Below are positions 45,080 to 54,749 of a DNA stretch of 64,000 bases, piece after piece (position 1 is the first letter of the stretch; the number at the start of each line of letters is the position of its first letter). The stretch comes from Gemmatimonadaceae bacterium (GTDB lineage Bacteria > Gemmatimonadota > Gemmatimonadetes > Gemmatimonadales > Gemmatimonadaceae), in assembly GCA_045803545.1 (NCBI GenBank), contig JBJMOW010000002.1, forward strand, positions 384,001 to 448,000, read 5' to 3'. The notes under the pieces were generated by a model. The model was not told where the DNA came from. It saw only the letters and a program-made list of their open reading frames with translations, and searched no databases. Both the position numbers and the translations under genes were made by a program.

Positions 45080-48000
45080 CTACCAGTCCGTGCTCAGGCC
45101 AACCATCCACGTGCGGGCCAACGGATAGGAGTAGAACTCCTGACCGAGCGAAATGTTCGACCCCGAGCCGTTGCTGTTTACATCAGGGTTGTAGCCCTTG
45201 AAGTTGGTCCACGTCTTCAGGTTCCGACCACTCACGTACAAGCGGGTGTTGTCCAGGCCAGCGAAGCGTGCGACCCTGGCCGGCACCTTCATTCCGAGCG
45301 TGACTTCCTGCAGTCGAGTGTAGTTACCCGGCTCGACGAACCTCGAAGAGTTGATGTAGCCCTGCGAAGTCCCGTCCCAGCTCGGACGCGGCTCGTCGGT
45401 GATATCACCTGGCTGCTGCCAGCGACGTAACGCGTACGCGAACTTGTTGTCGCGATTGAAGCCCGCGTCATCAGAGAACTCTCTGACGCCGTTCCAGATC
45501 TGGTTTCCGCCGCTGAATTGAACGGCGGCGCGCAGATCGAAGGGTCCCGCGGTAAAGGTATTCGTTACGCCACCCCAGACTGTTGGCTGCGGGCTACCGA
45601 CAACGACGCGGTCGTCGGCGTTGATCGCGCCATCGCCGTTCGTGTCCTGGTACATGGCGTCGCCCGTTTGGGGATCCACCCCGAGGAACTTGATCAGATA
45701 GAACGCTCCCAGCGGCTCGCCAACACGGACCGAGTTCACACCGTCGACGCCGCTATAGATCGGCTGATTCTGGTATAGCGCGGTCACGCGATTCCTGTTG
45801 TGCGAGTAGTTGTAGCTCGTCTGCCACGAGAAACTCCCCGGTCCGCTGCCGCGAATAAGGTCTGTGGTTAGCTCGAGCTCGACACCCTGATTCTCAATGT
45901 TGCCGATATTGTCCGTAAACGACGTGAACCCACTGGTCGCACTAATCGGTCGAGTGACCAACAGGTTGGATGTTTTCTTCCTGTACCAGTCGCCGACAAT
46001 CCCAATGCGGCCGTCGAACATCGTCCAGTCAAAACCTAAGTCGGTCTCTCTGGTCTGCTCCCACTTCAGGTCGCGATTACCGAAATTGTTCGGTGCGATT
46101 CCGCCGGCCTTGCCATAGTTCGCGGAGCTATCCGTAGCGCGGAATGCCTGGTTACCGATGCCCTGGTTGCCGGTCGTGCCGACGCTACCCCGAAGCTTGA
46201 TCGAACCGACCCTGGAAAGACCACTCAACATCGGTTCTTGAGTGATTACCCACCCAAGAGAGAAGGCAGGGAATACGCCCCAGCGGCTGTCAGGGCCGAA
46301 TCTCGAGGAGCCGTCCGCGCGCACGCTGGCGCTAGCCAGATAGCGCTCTGCGAGATTGAGGTTTGCACGCGCAAAGTAGGAAAGAAGATTGTTCGCGCTG
46401 CGGCTTCCGTCGTAGACCACCGGGGTAGTCGCGCTGCCGACGTCGTGGAGCGCCGGACTGCTGAAGCCTTGACCCTCAATCCGGTTGAGTTCTTGTGTAT
46501 TGCGTTCGGTGCTCGCACCAAGCGTGGTGGTAAGCGTTCCTCTGCTGCTCCCGGAGAACGGAGTCAGTGTGAAGAAGCCTTCGCCTACAAAGCGACTCCC
46601 GGTGTTGTATGCCGAGGTGGCATCACCGCCCACGCCTCCGTTCTCATCGACTACGAGCGGCGAACCCCAAAGGCGTTCGTGCAGCACGAGGTTGTCGCCA
46701 GAGAGGCGCGTCGTAAACTGCGCCCAATTCGCCAAATTGTAATTGCCTTCAACGTTCGCCAGGACTCGGTTCGTCGTCGTAGGGTTATAGTCGTAGGTCG
46801 CGATGGCCAGCGGGTTGGTGTACTGAATGCCGGTGACGTCGTTTGTGCTGAACGTCCCATCGGGATTGTAGACCGGCATGTTCGGCTGGTCAGCAATCGC
46901 ATTTGGACCGGTTCCGCTAATTGTGTTATCGCTCACCTGGCGATAGTTGACCTCGCGGGAAAGGCCCACTGAAGCCTTGATGGACAGTCTGTCAGTCGGG
47001 TCGAAGTCGATATTGGCGCGGCCGCTCGACCGATTGTACGAGGTGGCGAGCTGAATGCCCTCCTGACCGAAGTACGAGCCCGAGACGTAGTACTTCACTC
47101 TGCCGCTGCCACCGGTCAAGCCGATATTCGCATCACGAACTGGGGCCGTCCTATAAACGAGGGACTGCCAATTGGTGTTGAATTGGTCGTCAATCCCAAC
47201 TCCAAAGCCGGTGTCGATAATGTCCTGCGGTGTATAACCGTCATTCGTCATGCCCTCGGCCATGTAGGCGACGTACTCAGTACCGGTGAGCATGTGCAGG
47301 AGCTTCTCCGGCTTCTGCCATCCCGTGTATCCGTTGAATGTGATACGGTTGTTGCCGGCGATACCACGCTTGGTCGTGATCATGACAACGCCGTTGGATG
47401 CGCGCGAGCCATAGATGCCGGCCGACGCAGCGTCCTTCAGGATGGTGATCGACTCGATTTCGTCCGGATTCAGGTTTGTAACTGCCGTCAAATCCTGGCC
47501 ACCGAATCCGACCTGCGTGAAATCCTCCGTCTGTACTGGCACGCCGTCCACCACGAACAGCGGCTGGTTACTGGCGGTCAGCGATGAGGCTCCGCGCACG
47601 CGAATGGAAATGCCGTTGCCCGGATTACCAGCGTTCTGCGTCACCTGAACGCCAGCGGCTTTGCCCTGTAGTGCGGCATCGATGCCCGCGATCGGAATGT
47701 TACGGATGTCAGATGCGGCGACGGTTGTCAGTGCGCCGGTTACTTCGGAGCGATTGCTCGATCCATAACCGACAACAACCACCTGCGACAGCGTTGGGAT
47801 GACCGAACGCAACATCACGTCCGCTCCCGCAGTCGCACCATCCGCAACGCTCACAGTCGCTGTCTGCTGCGCGAATCCGATCTTCTGAATCCGCACCGTC
47901 GCAGTGCCAGCCGTTACGCCGGTGAAGCGATAAACGCCGGACGCATCGGTGAAGGTTGTGCGATTCGTGCCGACGAGCTGCACCTGCGCTCCGCCAACCG

Positions 48001-48130
48001 GCTGCTGCGTCGTTGAATCGACTACTGTCCCGCGAATAGTCCCGGTGCCCTGGGCGTGCGCGGTTCGCAGAGGCAGCAACGCCACTGCGGCTACAACGAG
48101 AAATTTCCAACCAATCTTCAAGCTTTTCAT
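45080..48130 (-). CDS. susC: SusC/RagA TonB-dependent transporter
   Basis: Signal peptide, N-terminal extension domain, VVVVGYG, IESITILKDAASAGIYGSRASNGVVMITTKRG, terminal W; SD AGGAGG before ATG 48130. Confidence 0.95.
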   Translation of the reverse strand: MKSLKIGWKFLVVAAVALLPLRTAHAQGTGTIRGTVVDSTTQQPVGGAQVQLVGTNRTTFTDASGVYRFTGVTAGTATVRIQKIGFAQQTATVSVADGATAGADVMLRSVIPTLSQVVVVGYGSSNRSEVTGALTTVAASDIRNIPIAGIDAALQGKAAGVQVTQNAGNPGNGISIRVRGASSLTASNQPLFVVDGVPVQTEDFTQVGFGGQDLTAVTNLNPDEIESITILKDAASAGIYGSRASNGVVMITTKRGIAGNNRITFNGYTGWQKPEKLLHMLTGTEYVAYMAEGMTNDGYTPQDIIDTGFGVGIDDQFNTNWQSLVYRTAPVRDANIGLTGGSGRVKYYVSGSYFGQEGIQLATSYNRSSGRANIDFDPTDRLSIKASVGLSREVNYRQVSDNTISGTGPNAIADQPNMPVYNPDGTFSTNDVTGIQYTNPLAIATYDYNPTTTNRVLANVEGNYNLANWAQFTTRLSGDNLVLHERLWGSPLVVDENGGVGGDATSAYNTGSRFVGEGFFTLTPFSGSSRGTLTTTLGASTERNTQELNRIEGQGFSSPALHDVGSATTPVVYDGSRSANNLLSYFARANLNLAERYLASASVRADGSSRFGPDSRWGVFPAFSLGWVITQEPMLSGLSRVGSIKLRGSVGTTGNQGIGNQAFRATDSSANYGKAGGIAPNNFGNRDLKWEQTRETDLGFDWTMFDGRIGIVGDWYRKKTSNLLVTRPISATSGFTSFTDNIGNIENQGVELELTTDLIRGSGPGSFSWQTSYNYSHNRNRVTALYQNQPIYSGVDGVNSVRVGEPLGAFYLIKFLGVDPQTGDAMYQDTNGDGAINADDRVVVGSPQPTVWGGVTNTFTAGPFDLRAAVQFSGGNQIWNGVREFSDDAGFNRDNKFAYALRRWQQPGDITDEPRPSWDGTSQGYINSSRFVEPGNYTRLQEVTLGMKVPARVARFAGLDNTRLYVSGRNLKTWTNFKGYNPDVNSNGSGSNISLGQEFYSYPLARTWMVGLSTDW

Positions 48131-48205
48131 TCCCCCTCCTCCGTTGGAACGGTCTACTGCATTGGCGGCCACGTGCCGCCGACGATCAAGGTGCTTGGTG
48201 CATCA

Positions 48206-49132
48206 TTACCGCGAACCCGGAAGTAACGCCTCCCCGGTCCGCGGATCGTACGCGCTCCCCGCTGGAAGGAGCGACAGCTTCACGCCGGTTGATCCCAAAA
48301 CGCCGGCGGTTGCGGATGTGGTTCGCGAACCACGCGCGTCCAATATCATCACCACGCTTCTTCCCAGTACCAGCCATTTCCCGTCCGGCGTTACCTCCAG
48401 CGCGGTGCCTTCATCGATTCCCACGCCCAACAGCGACGGCCTCTCCAGCACGACACTGATCAAGCGGTTCGCCCGCTGCCGCCTTATGAAGTGCTGGTCG
48501 ACAATTGCGTTGTGGACGAAGCCCAGTCCCGGCACAATCTCGATCACGTGACGGCCAACTCGGGTGAAATTCGACGAGTCGAGCGCTGCTGCCGAACCCG
48601 GATAAAACTGATTGCCGGTAATCATCGAGTCGCTCATCACCGCCGCGCCGGCCGACGTGCCTCCGACGACTGCGCCGGCGTTGTAGCGGTCGTGAATCGC
48701 CCGCAATACCGCAGACCCGCCGAGAGCTCCCGTCAGCAGCGATTGATCGCCACCGGGGAACCAGATTCCACTCGCTGTTTGAACTTTCCTGACAAGAGAA
48801 TCGTCGTCAGCGCGCGAGCGAGGAAAATTCAGAACAAATGAATCGGCACCGAGGCTATCGAGCTGCGCCTCCTTTTCCGCGCCGGCTTCAGCTGCTTCCG
48901 ATGTCGCCATCGGCAGAATTGCGATTCGTGCCTTACCACGCCCGCCGGCCAGATCGACGAAATGCTTGACCAGCTCATCGGGCTGCGAGCCACCCCCGAC
49001 GATCAATAGGGTACCGCGTGGAGCGGCCGGGGTAGATCGCTCAGAAAACATTGCGGTGCGCGATGCTGCCGTGGATGCACATCCAGCGACGACGAGGCAC
49101 GTCAGTACGCGACCCGCATGACGCGCGATCAT
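48206..49132 (-). CDS. Cyanophycinase (S51 family), probable lipoprotein
   Basis: LIVGGG, PGGDQ, GGTSAGA (Ser), DQHFIRRQRANR (His), GIDE (Glu); N-terminal LVVAGC; ATGA overlap with the IclR gene. Confidence 0.88.
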   Translation of the reverse strand: MIARHAGRVLTCLVVAGCASTAASRTAMFSERSTPAAPRGTLLIVGGGSQPDELVKHFVDLAGGRGKARIAILPMATSEAAEAGAEKEAQLDSLGADSFVLNFPRSRADDDSLVRKVQTASGIWFPGGDQSLLTGALGGSAVLRAIHDRYNAGAVVGGTSAGAAVMSDSMITGNQFYPGSAAALDSSNFTRVGRHVIEIVPGLGFVHNAIVDQHFIRRQRANRLISVVLERPSLLGVGIDEGTALEVTPDGKWLVLGRSVVMILDARGSRTTSATAGVLGSTGVKLSLLPAGSAYDPRTGEALLPGSR

Positions 49133-49941
49133 GACGCTACCTTCGGCCGATGGCCGTTTGTCAATCTCACTGATGGCGCCGCGCCAAGCCGACGCGAGAC
49201 CCGAGTCGCGGCTTCGCAAAGGCCGGAAAGAAGCTCACGCCGCCGCTTCGGTGTGAGACGGGAACCCGGTCCGTTGATACTGATTGCAGCCGCTACGTAC
49301 CCGAGATGATTGCGAATCGGTGCCGCCATCGCGACCAGGCCGGGCTCGAGCTCATCGACCGCGAACGCGTATCCGTGCTGCTTCACCCGCGCGAGCTCCC
49401 GCTCCAGCTCCGTCCTCGTGACGATCGTACGCTTCGAGAAGCGGGTGAGGCGTGGCAGTGGACGTCGCGGCTCCGAGAACGCCAGCAGGATCTTTCCGGT
49501 CGACGTTGCGTGAATGGGCCACCGACGGCCGATTTCGGGAGTGGCGCTAAAGAGAAATTTGCCCTGTACCTCATCGACCACCAGCACATCGCCGCCGGTC
49601 AGGATTTCGAGTGTCGATGTCTCCCCGGAGTCATCGGTAAGTCGGAGCAGCTCCTGATGAGCAACCTCCCGCAGATCGGTCGTCGAGAGCGCTGACGCTC
49701 CGAGGGTGATGATCTCCGGACCGAGCCGATAGGCGCCGTTGACACCATCGCGGGCAACCATTCCCTCGTTTTCCAGCGCACCAAGCAGCCGGAAGACGGT
49801 CGCCTTGCTGAGGCCCGTCGCCGTGCCCAGCTCGGTGATGCCATACGCGCTGGACGAGCGTCCAAGCGCCTTCAGGACGGTCACAGCACGTACTACTGCC
49901 CGCGTGCCTGTGAGAGGACGCAAATTGGAACGGCGTTTCAT
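49129..49941 (-). CDS. IclR-family transcriptional regulator
   Basis: HTH GLSKATVFRLL, YRLG, HATSTGKILLA, GYAFAVDELEPG, AAISING. Confidence 0.93.
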   Translation of the reverse strand: MKRRSNLRPLTGTRAVVRAVTVLKALGRSSSAYGITELGTATGLSKATVFRLLGALENEGMVARDGVNGAYRLGPEIITLGASALSTTDLREVAHQELLRLTDDSGETSTLEILTGGDVLVVDEVQGKFLFSATPEIGRRWPIHATSTGKILLAFSEPRRPLPRLTRFSKRTIVTRTELERELARVKQHGYAFAVDELEPGLVAMAAPIRNHLGYVAAAISINGPGSRLTPKRRRELLSGLCEAATRVSRRLGAAPSVRLTNGHRPKVAS

Positions 49942-50060
49942 AAAGAGCGGCTACATTGTTTCGCCGCTCAATAGTTGTCAAGAATTCTTTTGTTAACGGC
50001 GTGTGAATTTTAGCGAACGGCGACGCGCGCTTTTCGGGAGCAGCGGAGCGTTGGCGGCGG

Positions 50061-50090
50061 TTGACACTGCCCGGCGGAACTGCCTACCTT
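50061..50090 (+). promoter_or_regulatory. Putative sigma70 promoter for asnS
   Basis: TTGACA, 18-nt spacer, TACCTT. Confidence 0.55.
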
Positions 50091-50120
50091 GCCGCGCGAG
50101 ACGCGCCCCATCACCACTAC

Positions 50121-51422
50121 ATGCCAGCTAAGTACTCACGTATCTCGGAGTTACCGTCCAGCTCCGGTCAGACCGTTCGCATCCGCGGATGGGTAACTCA
50201 CGTACGCTCGTCCGGAAAAGTCGCCTTCGCTGTCATACGGGACGGAACAGGTATAGCGCAGGCTGTTTTTGTAAAAAGTGTGGTCAGTCCCGAAACGTGG
50301 GATGCTTTTGCCCGACTGACGCAGGAGACGTCTGTCGACATCGAAGGCGACGTCAGGGCTGACGCCCGCTCGCCGGGCGGGTATGAGATTTCGGTGAAGG
50401 CCATGTCTGTGGTTGGCGAGAGTCCAATCGACTATCCGATCCAGCCAAAGGAGCACGGGATCGATTTTCTGCTCGATAACCGACACCTCTGGCTGCGCTC
50501 TCCGCGTCAGCGTGCGATCGCAAAAATTCGCGCCGAAGTTGAGCAGGCGATTCACGATTTCTTCTACGAGCGCGATTTCACTCGCGTTGATACTCCGATT
50601 CTGACGGGTGCGATCGGCGAGCGTAGCGGGTTGTTCGAAACGGAATATTTCGACGAAGGCAGCGCCTACCTGGCGCAGACGGGACAGCTCTATGGCGAGG
50701 CCGCCGCTGCCGCGCTCGGCAAGATCTACTGCTTCGGTCCAACGTTCCGCGCAGAGAAGTCAAAAACCCGGCGCCATCTCACAGAATTCTGGATGATAGA
50801 ACCCGAGGTCGCATTCAACGACTCGGATGACAACATGCGGCTCCAGGAGGATTTCGTCTCCTACATCGTCGCGCGCGTGCTGGAGCGCCGACAGCCGGAG
50901 TTGAAAGAGCTCGAACGCGACACATCCAAGCTGGAAAGCATCAAGCCACCCTTTCCGCGCATCAATTACACCGAGGCAGTGAAGATTCTTCAGCAGAAGG
51001 GGAGCTCTGTAAAATGGGGAGATGACCTCGGTGCCGAGGATGAGTCACTGCTTGTAGAAGGTCACGACCGACCGGTATTCATCTTCAACTATCCCAAGCA
51101 AGCGAAGGCGTTCTACATGAAGGAAAATCCAGAGGATCCGCGCACAGTGTTGTGTGATGATCTACTGGCTCCCGAGGGGTACGGCGAGATCATTGGCGGA
51201 TCGCAGCGCGAGGATGACTACGACAAGCTGGTGGCGCGTATCAAGGAAGAAGGCCTGCCCATGGATTCGTACGGCTGGTACCTGGATTTGAGGAAGTACG
51301 GCACCTTCGTGCACGCCGGCTTTGGTCTGGGCCTGGAGCGAACAGTCGGCTGGATTTGCGGAATTCATCACATCCGCGAAGCGATTGCGTTTCCGAGGAC
51401 GATGAACCGCTTGCGCCCCTGA
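50121..51422 (+). CDS. asnS: Asparagine--tRNA ligase
   Basis: OB domain (RGWV), RHLWLRS, FRAEKSKTRRHLTEFWMIEPE, EIIGGSQRE, GFGLGLER. Confidence 0.97.
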   Translation: MPAKYSRISELPSSSGQTVRIRGWVTHVRSSGKVAFAVIRDGTGIAQAVFVKSVVSPETWDAFARLTQETSVDIEGDVRADARSPGGYEISVKAMSVVGESPIDYPIQPKEHGIDFLLDNRHLWLRSPRQRAIAKIRAEVEQAIHDFFYERDFTRVDTPILTGAIGERSGLFETEYFDEGSAYLAQTGQLYGEAAAAALGKIYCFGPTFRAEKSKTRRHLTEFWMIEPEVAFNDSDDNMRLQEDFVSYIVARVLERRQPELKELERDTSKLESIKPPFPRINYTEAVKILQQKGSSVKWGDDLGAEDESLLVEGHDRPVFIFNYPKQAKAFYMKENPEDPRTVLCDDLLAPEGYGEIIGGSQREDDYDKLVARIKEEGLPMDSYGWYLDLRKYGTFVHAGFGLGLERTVGWICGIHHIREAIAFPRTMNRLRP

Positions 51423-51454
51423 TTTTGCAACGATGGTCTCTGTAGGAGAGTCGA

Positions 51455-51772
51455 ATGGGTTTTGATCAATATCACGAGCCGCCGGATGAACTCTCTCCAA
51501 AGACGCGGACTTTTGCGCGCATGATCGCCTCGCTGATCGAGGAGGCGGAAGCGATCGGCTGGTACGAGCAGCGTTTGGCGGTCGAACAGGACAAGGAGGC
51601 GCGGGCGATCATGCGCAACGCTCAGCACGAGGAATTCAAGCACTTCGGAATGGACCTCGAGTTTCTACTGCGGCGGACTCCTAAATGGCGCGAGACGCTC
51701 AAGGGGATTCTGTTCAAGTCGGGCGACATCGTCGAGCACGCCGAGGAGGCGGAGGAAGAATCGGACGACTAG
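51455..51772 (+). CDS. Encapsulated-ferritin-like protein (EncFtn/Flp family)
   Basis: YHEP, SLIEEAEAIGWYEQR and HEEFKH ferroxidase pattern; SD AGGAG. Confidence 0.85.
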   Translation: MGFDQYHEPPDELSPKTRTFARMIASLIEEAEAIGWYEQRLAVEQDKEARAIMRNAQHEEFKHFGMDLEFLLRRTPKWRETLKGILFKSGDIVEHAEEAEEESDD

Positions 51773-51814
51773 CGACACTGGCGCTTTTCATCTCGGGAAC
51801 AGACTTTAACTGAC

Positions 51815-52183
51815 ATGATGGTACTCTCTTCACTGCGCCCCGACGCGAGTATTGTCGAGTATCTCGAGCACCGCGCACGCGCGGAATCGCTGCGCGGGCT
51901 CGTCGCGCGGAGTCTGCTGGCGCTTGCATTCGTGATTGGTGGACTTGGCCCGATTCCGGTAGGCAAGCCAATCGTCGTTAGCCTCGCCTTCACCTACTTC
52001 TGTTATGCAGTCTGGGGTTTGCTGGACCGCGCCCGCTCCCGTTCTCAGAACGGTCGCTCGAGCTTCAGCGTCAGCGTGTTGAGCTTTCTGTGCACATTTT
52101 TCGTATGGCTCGGCGTGCTCTCCGGGATTGGTTTCCTGATGTCCCTCGGCTTTATGCTGCTGGGCGCACCCTGGATCCTTTGA
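51815..52183 (+). CDS. Hypothetical membrane protein (about three TMs)
   Basis: Hydrophobic segments; fills the gap between co-oriented genes. Confidence 0.6.
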   Translation: MMVLSSLRPDASIVEYLEHRARAESLRGLVARSLLALAFVIGGLGPIPVGKPIVVSLAFTYFCYAVWGLLDRARSRSQNGRSSFSVSVLSFLCTFFVWLGVLSGIGFLMSLGFMLLGAPWIL

Positions 52184-52190
52184 GGCGTTA

Positions 52191-52778
52191 GTGGGACAGC
52201 GTGATCCCCGAGTCGATGCCTATATCGCAAAGTCCGCCGAGTTTGCGCGCCCCATCCTCGATCATGTCCGCGAGATCATTCACGACGCGATCCCCGAGGT
52301 CGAAGAAGACATCAAATGGGGCGCGCCGTTCTTCAATCATCAGGGCGTGATTTGCGGAATTGCGGCGTTCAAACAGCACTGCGCGATCAACATGTGGAAG
52401 GCGTCGCTGATTCTGGGCGAGAAGCAGAGAGATTCTGCGGGGCACTTTGGACGAATTACGAGACTCTCGGATTTGCCAGCCGACGCGAAGTTGAAGGCTT
52501 ATTTCGAGGAGGCTGCACGGCTGAACGAGAGCGGCGTCAAGCAGCCACGCGCGAAGAAGCCCGCCGCGACACTGAAAGTTCCTCGCGAGCTACAACAGGC
52601 GTTGAAGTCGAATAAGAAGGCCGCCAGCGCGTTCGAGAGATTTCCGCCGAGCCACAAACGCGAGTACGCGCAATGGATTGCCGAGGCAAAGGGCGAAGAC
52701 ACTCGCGCACGCAGGGTGAAGACGGCGATCGAGTGGATTGCGGAAGGAAAGGGGCGCAACTGGAAATACGAGAGGTAG
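52191..52778 (+). CDS. DUF1801 plus YdeI/OmdA-family protein
   Basis: VDAYI, EEDIKWGAP, AAFKQHC; C-terminal PPSHKREYAQWIAEAKGEDTRARR. Confidence 0.88.
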   Translation: MGQRDPRVDAYIAKSAEFARPILDHVREIIHDAIPEVEEDIKWGAPFFNHQGVICGIAAFKQHCAINMWKASLILGEKQRDSAGHFGRITRLSDLPADAKLKAYFEEAARLNESGVKQPRAKKPAATLKVPRELQQALKSNKKAASAFERFPPSHKREYAQWIAEAKGEDTRARRVKTAIEWIAEGKGRNWKYER

Positions 52779-52790
52779 GCTTAATCGGCG

Positions 52791-53591
52791 TTAGTCCCCG
52801 CCAGTCGTACGGACCTCAGAGCCTTTCGCTTCCTCCCACATTTCGTCCAGCTTCTCGAGTCCTGCGTGGGTAACATCTATCCCGCGCTCTTTCGCCATGC
52901 GTTCCACACTCTGAAATCGCTTTTCAAATTTCGCGTTAGCCTTGTCGAGCGCGATGGACGCATGCACCCCTGCTTTGCGACAGAGATTCACCACCGCGAA
53001 CAGCAGGTCGCCTAACTCCTCCTCCAGCGCATAATGTTTTTCATCGAGAACCGGCGGACCCCCTCGCTTCGCTTTCGGCATTCTCTCCAGCTCCGCACGG
53101 ACCTCGGTCAGCTCTTCCTCGACTTTTTGCGCGGGGCCGTCGACGTCGGGCCAATCAAAGCCAACACCCGCGGCGCGATCCTGCAGGCGATGCGCGCGGT
53201 GCAGCGCCGGCAGGCCGGACGCCAAACCGTCGGAGATGCTCTTCCGATTCTTTGATTTCATTCGCTCCCACGGCTCGCGCGCCGAGTCGCCGTAGAGGTG
53301 AGGATGGCGGCCCTTCATCTTGGCAATCAGTCCAGTCGCCACATCACCGAAGTTGAATGCGCCGCGCTCTTCCGCGAGCACCGAATGAAAGAGCACCTGC
53401 AGCAGAAGATCGCCGAGCTCCTCCCGCATCAACTTGTCATCCTGCGCGAGGATCGCGTCATCGAGCTCGTGGGACTCCTCGATCAGATAAGGCCGAAGAG
53501 TCTCGTGATTCTGCGCGGCGTCCCATTCGCAGCGCGCGCGCAAATCGCGCATCAACGCCAGTGTATCGTCGAGGAAATGCGTTTCAGTCAT
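52791..53591 (-). CDS. mazG: Nucleoside triphosphate pyrophosphohydrolase MazG
   Basis: LRARCEWD, EESHEL, EELGDLLLQV, GFDW, second EELGDLLF. Confidence 0.95.
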   Translation of the reverse strand: MTETHFLDDTLALMRDLRARCEWDAAQNHETLRPYLIEESHELDDAILAQDDKLMREELGDLLLQVLFHSVLAEERGAFNFGDVATGLIAKMKGRHPHLYGDSAREPWERMKSKNRKSISDGLASGLPALHRAHRLQDRAAGVGFDWPDVDGPAQKVEEELTEVRAELERMPKAKRGGPPVLDEKHYALEEELGDLLFAVVNLCRKAGVHASIALDKANAKFEKRFQSVERMAKERGIDVTHAGLEKLDEMWEEAKGSEVRTTGGD

Positions 53592-53666
53592 AGCGTGCCG
53601 AGGCAGTGGTACGTTTTCTTTATGTCGAGTCTCGGAGCAGACACGAGCAACATAACCTAGCAGATA

Positions 53667-54749
53667 ATGAGCCCTCCCTTGTTACGCGGACGCGTTGAGA
53701 TCGATCTCGGCGCAATCCAGCGAAACGCAGCGACTGTTGCGCGTCGTGCTGGCGTGCCGCTGCTGCCGATGGTCAAGGCCGACGCGTACGGACTCGGTGT
53801 CAAAGAGGTCGTGGCTGCACTCGAATCGATTGACCCGTGGGGCTATGGCATCGCGAGCGTCGAAGAGGGAGTGGAGCTCCGCGATGTTGGGGTGACCAGG
53901 CCGATCCTCGTGTTCACGCCGTTGCTCGAGCCCGACTTGAAACGCGCGCGGGTCGCGAAGCTGACTCCAACGTTGGGCTTTGCCGACGAGATCGAAGCCT
54001 GGCGACGCGCCGGAGGCGGGGCCTGGCACTTCGCGATCGATACCGGCATGAGCAGAGCAGGAATTCCGTGGCGCGAAGTTCAACGGGTGCGACAGTTACT
54101 CGAGGTGATGCCACCCGAAGGCGCCTTCAGCCATTTTCACTCGTCAGAGCTGGACAATGGTACGATGGCCGCTCAGGAGAAGCTGTTTCGCGAAGCAATC
54201 GCATCGCTGCCCTCACGGCCTCCGCTTCTTCACACCGCCAACAGCGGCGCGATCGCGCGGCAAGGTCGGAGTCCGTGGGATCTGGTGCGTCCCGGCATTT
54301 TTCTCTACGGCGTCGGTAGTGGGCGCAGCGCGGCGATTCAGCCTGAGCCCGTTGTCCATTTGCGGGCACCGATCGTCGAGATCAGAGATCTGCAACCGGG
54401 AGATACCGTCAGCTACGACGCGACGTTTCGGGTGGACCGCCCGGCACGAATTGCGACGACCGCGGTCGGTTACGCCGATGGGTACCCCCGCGCTCTCAGC
54501 GAAGCCGGATCGGTTCTCGTAAATGGTGCATTGGCCCCGGTCGCCGGCAAAGTGACGATGGACATGACGATGGTGGACGTGACTACGATCAAGTGCGCCA
54601 TCGGCGACACCGTGACCTTGATCGGACGCGCTGGCGATACGGTGTTGACAGTGGAACGGGTCGCAGATGACGCGGGAATGTCGCCGTACGAACTGCTAAC
54701 AGGACTTCGGTCGCGGGCCCAGCGACTGTACACAGGAAGACGAAACTGA
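53667..54749 (+). CDS. alr: Alanine racemase
   Basis: VKADAYGLG (PLP Lys), DTGMSR, VRPGIFLYG, VSYD, GYADG, GKVTMD. Confidence 0.96.
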   Translation: MSPPLLRGRVEIDLGAIQRNAATVARRAGVPLLPMVKADAYGLGVKEVVAALESIDPWGYGIASVEEGVELRDVGVTRPILVFTPLLEPDLKRARVAKLTPTLGFADEIEAWRRAGGGAWHFAIDTGMSRAGIPWREVQRVRQLLEVMPPEGAFSHFHSSELDNGTMAAQEKLFREAIASLPSRPPLLHTANSGAIARQGRSPWDLVRPGIFLYGVGSGRSAAIQPEPVVHLRAPIVEIRDLQPGDTVSYDATFRVDRPARIATTAVGYADGYPRALSEAGSVLVNGALAPVAGKVTMDMTMVDVTTIKCAIGDTVTLIGRAGDTVLTVERVADDAGMSPYELLTGLRSRAQRLYTGRRN

